This document shows positions 25,201 to 35,192 of a stretch of 64,000 nt of DNA, piece after piece (the stretch's first letter is position 1; each line of letters starts with the position of its first letter). A program made the position numbers and the translations under genes. The stretch is from Perkinsus olseni. Its lineage: Eukaryota. The stretch lies in the NCBI GenBank assembly GCA_013115125.1, contig JABANN010000037.1, positions 1-64,000 on the forward strand, given 5' to 3'. The notes under the pieces were generated by a model that was given only the letters and a program-made list of their open reading frames with translations, did no database searches and was not told where the DNA came from.

Positions 25201-26466
25201 GTACCGAAGGAGAACCTTCAAAAGTTAGCTGCCGCGGTGAGCTCTCGAGGCGACGAGGTGCCAGTGCTGACTCACATTCATCTGCACGAGAGCACTGGGG
25301 AGATCGCATCGTGGGCATCAGATCCTGGTCGTGAGCGGAACTATGGTCGCTATCAGTTACTATGAGAAGAGTGGAGAGTCGGCCATCGAGACCTTGAAGT
25401 CGGTTGGGCTGTTAAATAGGAACATGATAGCAGCCCATTGTGTCCATCTGACGGAGGATGTAACAGCGGATCCGAACGGCCGAGAGCTTGTTTAGCATCC
25501 GGGATTGATCACGCCGTAGGAAATCTCGACACTGGCTACAGCTGGCGTTAATGCCGCACATTGCCCTCGGTCCAATCTCAAACTCGCGAGTGGTTTGTCA
25601 CCGGTAAGATGGTCGATCGTCGTACCGAAGCGATATTAGCGGTGACGGTCGCTAGACAGGTCCAGCGACTCCTCGACGCGGGGATTAATGTGTGCCTTGG
25701 GACGGACTCGGCATGCTCCAATAACTCTCTGTGTATGTTGCAGGAGATGCAATTCGCCAGCCTTGTCGGGAAGCTGAGTAGTTTCGCCGAAAGTGAACTT
25801 TCTTGCCGTGATGGACCGTGGCTCAGGCAGCGGTAGCGACGCGAGAAGTGTGAATTGCCATACGGCGCTCCGGATGGCTACAATGAACGGCGCGAAAGCT
25901 CTTGGCAAGGACAAGGTGCGCTAAGCAGCATTGGCAGCGCTGCGTGACATCTGGCGACGCAGGATCTCGGGTCGCTGGAAGTCGGCAAGATCGCGGACAT
26001 CGTCGCTGTTGACTTGGGCCACATAGGAAGTCTACCAGTCTACGACCCTGTGTCGGCCCTAGTGTAGCCCAGAACGTCCCCCGGCGGTGTTGCGGAATAA
26101 TGCGAGCTCAGGTACACCAACGAGAGGACAGTGAGTGATGTGTGGATCGATGGCAAGAGGGTGGTCAAGAGTTCACAGGTGACGGATGGAACTCTTCTTG
26201 CGGTTCCACGTCTCGACACAGCCTGATGAATTTGCAATCTGAGGTCACTGCACGAGGTTACCATACCGACCACTAGGTTCATCAGATATATACATTAAAC
26301 GCTGCGAACGAGTGTTAGTATTGGTACTTTCAAGGTGCTAACGATGGCCCGTCCCAACGTTAACCAGATGGAACAATTCCGCCGCCGTTTAATCAAGTTC
26401 AAGAAGGAGGAGTGTGGCCCACGGGTCCGTGTCCATTCTCATAACTACCAGGACGAGGAGGACTAA
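22280..26466 (+). CDS. Amidohydrolase B, MTA/SAH-deaminase (MtaD)/Atz-Trz family, multi-exon
   Basis: PGLINCHTHVAM, GFADDLELMDWLDHYIWPAE, EMLKTGTTCFLDMYF, CPHSCYT, HIHLHES, AAHCVHL, HCPRSNLKLASG, LGTDSACSNN, ATMNGAKALG, GSLEVGKIAD. All metal and catalytic motifs are present. Confidence 0.88.
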
Positions 26467-26559
26467 TGAGGATTTTGCTGAGGTAGCGGCATGCTAATAG
26501 GCGGGACGAGAGTTTGTGCGCTCATGAAGCGTACTTGAATGACAAGTTTTAGACTGTCT

Positions 26560-26850
26560 TAACGACGGCTCTCCCTCGATCTGATTCCGAGTTCGGGTTC
26601 ATTACTTCGACAGCATCGGTGGTGTGTGGTGGTGGATCGGTCCACAGCACTGGGGTATTATTTGGAAGTGCCCCTCTTGACAGTCCAGCAGGTTTTGTTT
26701 TCCCTTCATGTCCTGGCCGCCATCTCATGGTCCGCAGTCATCGTGGTAGTGCGGCACGCCTGGTGTGTGTACTGCGAAGCTCTTCTCGGTGTAAGAGTCC
26801 TGCCGGGACCATCCCGTCTACCAACCTCTCACGGGGCGTCTTACGGTTGC
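26560..26850 (+). pseudogene. Degenerate copy of the DEPDC5 5' region
   Basis: atggtccgcagtcatcgtggtagtgc...aagctcttctcggtgtaagagtcc...accaacctctcacggggcgtcttacg aligns by eye with 35193-35298. Confidence 0.8.
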
Positions 26851-26852
26851 CC

Positions 26853-27320
26853 TAGGCTCGACACGCCAGAGGCCCAGCTGAGTGGAATGGGTCGGGTTGG
26901 AGTTGGTCCGCCAGCTGTCTGCGTGGTGGTGAGGACGCTGATGTTACCCTAGCGGCCGCGGCCAGTAACGAGCTGCCGCCTAATCGTAAGCTGATTCATA
27001 GTGAGAGATTGGCGACGGCCTGGCGAAAGCAGTACAAGGCGCTGTCCAGTGAGGAGAGAGACTTTAGCGATGTGGACTTTGATGGCGTGTCGAGCTGATG
27101 GTGAAGACAGATGCCCACTGGGCATTGCCCAGTGAAGGGCAATGTGTCATAGTGGTATTAGTATGAATCCCTTATAGTATTTTTAATGGCTGTTCGGCAT
27201 GAATAATCTATGCTCACTCGCTATGATGATGATGCCCGCTCATTGCGCTGTGTCGCCTTAGCACAGTAATGACGTTGAATCATTGCTCTTTATGCTGCAG
27301 GAATGCTGTTACTGAGTTAT
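26853..27320 (+). pseudogene. Degenerate, internally deleted copy of the TAF1 3' end and 3' flank
   Basis: 26860-27084 is nearly identical to 19850-20080 (ccctagcggccgcggccagtaacgagctgccg...gagagagactttagcgatgtggact). It then jumps to the TAF1 stop/3' flank (cccagtgaa.ggcaatgt.tcatagt..tattagtatgaatccct, compare 20545-20590). Confidence 0.9.
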
Positions 27321-28964
27321 GTGGTCTCCTCCCCGATGTGTGATTCGTGCGGACAACGACTCGGTCTTAGTTCGATATTCACTTTTCACCGTCGGCAAGA
27401 TTCAAGAGGCATATGCTACTCATAAATGTGAGTGCGCCTCTGTGTTAAGTTTTTCGTGTTGCCAACGGGGAGGATCATGCGGCTCACACGTAAAGCGTGT
27501 AGCAACCCTAACGAGCCAAACAAACAGGTAGCGCCCGCAAGCAGCACACACCATTCAACAACTGCATGCACTGTGAATATGCTATCTTTTCACGGTGCGC
27601 AAGGCTGAAGGTTCCGTCGTGAGCTACGACGAATCAAGATCCACAGACCAGACGACAACTTTGGGCCCCTAAAGCACGTCGTGGATCGACGAGTCTCGTC
27701 ACCAACGAGCGCAAGGCACCGCCTTACTCGTTTGCAGGCGCGCCTCCCTCCGAGGGAGTCCCTCGGAACAACCACCCCCAGGCTTCACGATCGCCATTCA
27801 AAAGGCATCGTTGCCCTCATGAGCATGCAGGACCTCGACAACATTGAGCCGCAACTCCCACCTTCCATACTGTTGCACTTGGGCGCATAACTTCAATCGA
27901 CGACAGGGACGGCAAAAATTAGCGGCTGTGGTTTCTCCAGCGATGGTGGAACTCCTTCAGCCTTCACGCTATACGATCCTCCCAGCATCTCACTTCAAAG
28001 CTAGGAGCGGAGGTCTGAATCCACGAGGGAGCATCTGATGCTCAGCATCGTAACTGTCTTCAGCATCTCTGGGATTGACGCAAAACTTCAGAGTGAGGTC
28101 GCTCACTGTGTGTTCGTTCGCAAGCCACTTTGGTAAGTGGGAATTTCAGATACTACAAAAATCAGTGAATATAAAAATCTTGACTGAAGCGCAACTCGTA
28201 CTCTGCCACTATTGGCAAATCATTTTTCTAAGTCTGAGATCCGATATTCCGAGAAAAGTCGACGACCCGATGCCTTCCGTTCATTTTTCACTTTTCGAGG
28301 TGGTAGTACGAACCCCCGCTGCGTCAGAGCAGAAACGCGAAGCGGCGGGAAGCTCAAGCTTTTTACCGAGCACGTCGTGACTGTTGGTGAGCAGATGGTG
28401 TACAGATGAGTACAGTCTACCATACTGTCCACTATACAGTCTGCGTGGGAGTGAGTGAATCTATATTTCTGAGGACTTTTCCGGTATCCTGAGGATGGCG
28501 TTGGAGCCCACGCAACACTTCGAACACGCTCAATCCGCTGCCGTGTGAACTCACTACACTTCCCTATATTTCTATCCGGCGAGATATCTTTCCTCACGCT
28601 TCTTACTTTTTCCTCCGAAAACCAATTTTACTCGCAGCGTTTCGTTATACGCCGTACTCCTCGCTCGCCTTGTTGATCGATAATGTTGCTGCAGGAACCC
28701 ACTGTAGCTCGAGTTGAGTCCTTTGAGCCGCGTAGTACTAGATGTTAGTCAGCGAGCAACTTTGCGTTCTTTGGTAAGATATTTGAACTAGAATGACGGA
28801 TAGTGTTGTGCGAGGAAGACCGGGTACTGACGGTGGAACTTGCCCCAAAAACCTGCGCCCGGCAACAGGGGATACGCTTGAGGTGCGCTGGCCTATACAC
28901 CCCCTGATCATGTCTGTTTGTCTGAGGTTGCTGTTGTCTTACTTGTTCTATCCTTACTGACATC

Positions 28965-31677
28965 ATGTCCAGCGAAATCTCCACCACTTCAAGCGGCTCT
29001 GGAATTACCTGCATTCGCGCTGGTTGGGTTATCCAAGTCGATGAAGAGAATTCTGTCATTCCCGACGGTTGTGTCGTCTGGGACAACGAGTGAGTACACG
29101 CTGGAGCGCCGGTGCCGCCAACGGAACTGTACTCGGCACCCAGCAGCGGGCCATCCGGAGGCACGTCACACTCCCGTCTCAGGTCCCATCGAATCCTCAA
29201 CGTTTGCCCTTTCTCTGAGCTCCCCGCTGACGTCGAAGTGACTGAGCATCTTCCCAAGCATGCCATCATGCCCGGCATGGTCAACTGCCATCAACACACC
29301 CCTATGGCGCCTCTCAGAGTACGACACTTTCGTTTTCCTTCGCCGGTCCACTCGGCTATAGGGAGTATATGCCCTTAAAGCCAATACCGTTCCATTCAGG
29401 GTTACTCTGATGACCAGAACTTGCAGGACTGGCTCCAGCAGTACGTCTGGCCTGCTGAAGCGAAGTTCCTCTGCTCGGAATATGTGAAGCTCGGAACTGA
29501 ACTTAGCGTCTATGAGATGCTTCTCACCGGTGAGTTGGTATCGGTTAGGACACTGTAGTAGTTGGTTCTGTGCCGACAACTTCGACGCATTGTTATTCGT
29601 GTGAACTGTCGGAGTATATTCTCCGAAAATGATGACCTCACGCTGATTCGGCGTGAACTCTTCACTTTAGCCGTAGATGCCTCTTAGGTCGATGATGGCT
29701 GTAAGCGTGTGTGGTGGATGTTATCAGTGTTGTTCCCCAGGTTCGACTACATTCGTCGATATGTACCAGTTCCCCCACGAAACGGCCGAGGTTGCTAACG
29801 CTGCTCATATCAGGTAAGTCTCAGATCGGTTCCCTCGCAGGCTTCGACTCGGCCCATTGGTTACTAGTGGTAGAGTTCAACATGGTAATTGCCTCAGGTG
29901 TTTCAATGGCGAGTCAGTGATGGACCTTGGTGACGGTACCATCGACAAGATGATCGACGATGGTGCTGAATACGTCAACAATAAAGGTGAGAATACTATG
30001 CTTATCAACGGGGATTTGAACGCTCTCACTGCCTTTGATAGTGATCGGTGAGGTGAAGTAGTTTGGGTTTGTCCTGAGACAGAGCGTGAACTCTTCTAGG
30101 CAAATCCGCGTAAAGGCTCTAGCCAAGCATCTCGCGGCTATTCTTACTGCCTTTGTGGATCGACTTTTCCAATGTCACTTTGCAATATTCTCGCATTGTC
30201 CTCAGAAAATCGCAGCGAGATGGTGACTCCCTTGAACATCGCTCATGCTACTTATACGGTAAGTAGGGTATCTTGGGGTTGGAGCTTGTGTTCCACAGTG
30301 GCGCGTCGTCAAGGGGTTATCATTGATATTCAGGTTCCCAAGGATAAGCTGAAGAGAATCGCGGCAATCGCTAAGCCAGCTGGAACTCTAGTTCATATTC
30401 ATCTGAACGAGTCACAGGCCGAGGTTGATGAGTAGGCCTTCACTTCCGCAATTATCACGAGTGATACCCAGCAAACCTTCTTTCTAGTTACTTCAAACAG
30501 CATGGCGAGTCTGCAATTGATGCCATAGACGAAGCGGGCTTGCTTAACGACCACTTGATCGCCGCCCACTGTGTGCACATGACTGACGAGGTCAGTCCTG
30601 CTGCTGTATCTTCTTTACTAAGTCAGCCCTTGCCGAGCGTGCCATGCGGATACTCTTTATGCCTCTCTTTGTTATCATCTTCAACATTCCCGATTGAGTA
30701 AGATGTTGTTTCAGGAGATGGCCCGGTTCGCGAAAGCTGGCGCAAGCGCGGTTCATTGCCCGCGCTCTAATGCCAAGCTTGCGAGTGGCATAGCTAAGGT
30801 AGCACTTCGTGAGAACCGAACTTGTGCAACTCGTCTCGTCTCTGTAGGTACAGAGGATGCTGGATGCTGGTGTTAACGTGTGCCTTGGTACTGATGGCCC
30901 CTGCAGCAACAACTCTGTGGATATGCTACAGGAGATGCAGTACGCGAGTCTCTTAGGGAAGGTTGCAGGTAGAGAGGAGGCAACGACTGGCCGATGAGGG
31001 ATTATCTGTTCATTCAGGGCCCGGCATGAACCCTAAAGCCGTTAACTGCTACACCGCCGTCCGTATGGCAACCATAAACGGTGCTAGAGCTGTCAGGCGA
31101 GAGTCGGTGAGTGCCACACTGCTTCATTCTTCAATCAGGAGTATCTCTGTTGTGTAGGACTTGGGATCTCTTGAGGTCGGCAAGCTCGTCGATATGATCG
31201 CCATCGACCTTGGCCGTCTGGAGAATCAGCCCGTATACGATCCTGTGTCAGCTATTGTGTAAGCTGGATTTATTCTGAGGTTGCTATACTGCAGGTCTGG
31301 GCGTAAATGGACTTTTGATGCATCCTGTCTATGGTACACCAACACGCGGAATGCTCCAGTCCGGTACCACAGAAGTTGCTCTAATTTGTCCCGATCAGGT
31401 ACACCAACCAGAGATCAGTGACCGACGTATGGATCGGAGGCGACCGCGTCGTGCAGGATAGAGAGGTACTAGCAACTGTGACATATCTCGGGATGCTTCT
31501 TTAGTGAACGCGGTCTCATCTAGTGGCTTCAAACGGGTGTTCCTCACATGACCGTTACTTGTTGCTCTTCAGGTTTTGTCGATGCGCAAGCCTTCAGCTG
31601 AGAAGATAGCGCACTACCAGAAGCAGATAGCAGAGTTCAAGGCGGAGCGAGAGGCCGTTGCGGCAGCACAAGCATAG
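28965..31677 (+). CDS. Amidohydrolase A, MTA/SAH-deaminase (MtaD)/Atz-Trz family, multi-exon, complete
   Basis: PGMVNCHQHTPM, WLQQYVWPAEAKF, EMLLTGSTTFVDMY, IAHATYT, HIHLNES, AAHCVHM, HCPRSNAKLASG, LGTDGPCSNN, ATINGARA, GSLEVGKLVD. Stop codon at 31675-31677. Confidence 0.9.
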
Positions 31678-31722
31678 TTTTTACTTGCTATTTTACCAGC
31701 AGATTCGGATTTCTCAATCTGG

Positions 31723-31827
31723 TTCCTGTGTAGATAGTTTTTATTAGGACCCTGAGTCGTGCTGTATCCTCGATGTTGATTCCTGTGTAGATAGTTTTAT
31801 GAGGAACCCGAGTCTTACTGTATCCTC
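31723..31827. repeat. 57-bp imperfect tandem duplication in the 3' flank of amidohydrolase A
   Basis: ttcctgtgtagatagtttt...gagtc...ctgtatcctc occurs at 31723 and again at 31780. Confidence 0.85.
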
Positions 31828-32004
31828 TTGTGCAAACTCACATACTCCGCGGTCTCGAAAGCTCCGTCATTAGACGTTGTTCGGTCTCACTTTCGTTGTG
31901 TTAGTTCATCGAAACGGTAAGAACGGTGGTTAGCCGAAGTGGGTAGCCCGGTCGGGTAAATAAAACGCTTTCGTTAAGTAGTCTGTCAAACCCTGCCCGT
32001 GGTC

Positions 32005-34825
32005 CCACCGTGGCCGAGGGTACTGATGATGCTCAGGAGTCGCACGGCTCTCAACCTCCTCATATGATAATAGTAGTTAACGGGGATGAGATGATTGAGG
32101 ATGGATGTGTTGTTTGGAATGTCCGGTGAGGTCCTCCACAGAAACCTACTTGTTCCTAGGCCCGGCGGGCCACCGTTGTGTTCTATGGCGGAGCTCTAGG
32201 ATGACATCGAAATCGACGAGTACTTTTAGCGGGACCCTTATCGCAGGTCTTATCAACTCCCGCGCCCACGTGGCGATGACCTTGCTGGCAGTTTCTACTG
32301 CATCCCACCGCTCCTTTTCGGGCTTCACTGATGACTTAGCGCTTATGAGCTGGCAAGATCATTCCATATGATGAGCGGACTCCGCTCAGCCGAGAAGCGG
32401 TGGAAACCATTGTCCTGACGCTGGTTGTTTTGCTTCGCGTCAGTATTCCTGTCGCTGTACGGTAATTACGGGCCACCCGGAATAAGCGATCGATTGTCGG
32501 CTTCTTTGTAGGTGAATTAACACGCGGAACGAGAGTTCATCTGATGCTCAGAACGGGCGAGCTCTAGGTAAAACCAATTAGTTTTAGCGGGTCACCCGCG
32601 GGACCCGCGGCGGGTGCTCAGGTGTTCAGCTTACACAATTCGTGTTCAGCCGTTGACATCCGACAGCACGGCTTGTAACGTTCAGCTTGGGGGGTCGGCA
32701 GCGTCATTGAAGCTCCTTCAGCGGGTTTAGAAGTTCTCGGATTATAGTAGTGCCTCGTGCTGTAGCAGCCCATCGACTAGCATGAAGCCTCGGACTTGGT
32801 TGAGATGGACGAGCTCTTGGTCGACGAGCTCACAGGTTGTCGAGCATCATATCCTGGATTCCAGAACCTGGAGGGCGCCAAAGATTGTCTCCGACCAAGA
32901 ATCTTAGTGGAGCTACCCCCGGCGAATATGGAGGTTTTACGGCTGAGTACGCATGGCCTTGTTGCTTGTGCGCGAGCAGTTGGGAGTTCTAGCCCGGAAC
33001 CACTCCGTGCCAACCACTCGGTTACACGGTGTAACTTACACCTGTCCTCAGTGAAGACTCCTCGCAAAGAGCTTGTGAGGTCGAGCACATGACGGGTTTG
33101 TTCGGAACAAACTGCACAGCTCGGCTTGCAGAAGCTGAAGGCGGAATTTGGACGCCCCACAACACTAGTCGGCAGCCACTGCCGTATTAACTATCTACTA
33201 ACTATTCACAAGTGTCTCGGAAGCCGTTGTCGTCAAGCGACTGCTGAGCGGCAACCGGAAGGGTGTCGGTCTCGTAGGGTCGACGGATTTGCCATCTTGA
33301 CTCCTGCAGTCCGAGGCAAGAGAGACGTCATGACGTTTATTTCCAGTGAGAAAAGGACCCTCTGAGGGTCACCCTCAAGAGCTGCGAACGTCGGTATACT
33401 ATTTCGACGAAGAGAATGGATTGTTCGACAGACCCTGTGATATTATTCAGTGAATTCCTCGAATGCAGCTGCTCGTCAATAAGGAGAAGCATACGTTGCA
33501 GAGTTAAGGATATGATTCAGGCAAGCGTCTAGGGAAACACGAATGAGCATTCTCGTGAAGGAGCGGCCACGCACCTGTGCATTCTCGATGATGCATGAAG
33601 AAGCCGGTCAGAAGATTCGTTATGTCGACACGAAGAAGTTCCTCGAAAGAATGATCTACAGAAGACGCTTGTGCCGAGTCCAGCTGGTTGCATACAAAGC
33701 TGTCGAGTTTAACCAATTGCTGGTGACACTGAAAATCATGCCGTAGTCACTTTGGTCGTTGGAACGATTCAGGCTTCATCTCAGCGATGAAAACTCACCT
33801 CATCTGAATTCCCTCGATTTTTGCTTTGTAGTATTCCGAATTTTCTAAATTGAACTTGCCTGTCGCCGACTCTATCGCGCTACGTCTATTGTAGTTTGCT
33901 CGCGAGGCATCTCCTACGCTTAGATACGTCGTATCTGTTTATCGGACGGGTCGTGACCTTTTTTCTCGACACGTCCTTAACGTCGGCCGATACGATTGCT
34001 GGTGAAGTCCCCGCGGGCATCAGGTGGGGCTACTCTCTGTCCTGCGAAGTGAGTTTCTAGCTCTCGGATATGTGGGCCGTTGGAATTCAACGGTCATGGT
34101 ATGACCGTCATACTATCATAGATTTCGGACATGTATCTGCGGATGGTCTTATCAATTTGGCTCGCGAATAGTATTCGAGGTATTACCTCGGTGGTGGTAG
34201 ATGGGCTACTAAGTGGCCGCTACTCAGTCGTCGCAATTGAGGGGAACGTGGCGTACTAGGGTTTTAGTGGACCCACGTAGCGAGCAGTGACCACGATTCA
34301 ACTCTATTATATCTTGGCGTACGCTCGGGACACTTCTATTCATGTTAGCAAGTATCCTTATACCTCCAACCTGAAACGCGCATCGCACCGGTTGGCAGCC
34401 AACCGCTGGCTCGTGGTGGCGAGTCGACTCTGCGTGGGAGCCTCAGGTTCGGTCCGAAACAGTCGACTCTGAGGCTCGGATCAAACAGCGTTCTGACGCA
34501 GCCACTCACTCCGGGTTCGTCCCAACAATACCCCGTTGTCAGCCCCGACCTCCCTGGTAATCCTGCTACCTGCGCAGTGTCGCTCGAGTCGGTTTGTAAG
34601 TTTGTAAGTGCCAAAGCTCTCGGCCCGAAGTAGAAGCTTCACAATCTGGCTAGTACACTGGCGTCTCTATGCGACGAGACGCCTGTGCTGGCCCACCCTG
34701 ATTCTGGTACCTTCCGTGAGCATACTCAGCTTGTCTGCAAGGCTGGCGAGTTGCATCTCCTGCAACATACAAAGGGATGTATTGGAGAACGGCGAGTCCG
34801 TCCCTAGGCACACATCTTCGCATGT
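32005..34825 (+). pseudogene. Amidohydrolase B', decayed copy with an inverted internal segment
   Basis: Recognisable relics of B exons at ~32020-32400 (GLINSRAHVAMTLL, first metal His lost), ~32540, 33955-34024, 34086-34180 and ~34540. A reverse-complemented LGTDS..SN exon lies at ~34608-34822. Stops and frameshifts occur throughout. Confidence 0.85.
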
Positions 34826-35192
34826 TGAGGAGTCGCTGGACCATCATAATTGTACAACTCGCTCTCCGAGGCCTGTTTACCGGGGACAACCATTCGCAAG
34901 TTTGAGCATCGACCCCAGCTGCAGGCCGTGTTTCTTTGCTTCGACACGTGGGGATACTCAGCGCTGGATGGACGTCATTCATTCTCACATAGGCCCTGTC
35001 GGGTGCACTCAGTGGGCGGCTTTTGTGTTCCTGTTGATTGAATTATCCAACTTCTTATCGGCCAAACATGGAAACTGCGCGTCTAGGCGGCGTCGGTTGT
35101 ATTCTGAGAATACTATTTTCTCCTGTAAAGTGTCTCTGCTCGACAGTTGAGCAGTTTCTCTTATCCTTTCATGCCCCGACTACTACCCTCCT

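Noticed and set aside
27503..27513. aaccctaa telomere-like heptamer
   Set aside because: A single copy, not an array.
31333..31343. Intronic copy of the next exon's first bases (ggtacaccaac), suggesting an alternative exon
   Set aside because: Only 11 nt and preceded by TG rather than an AG acceptor.
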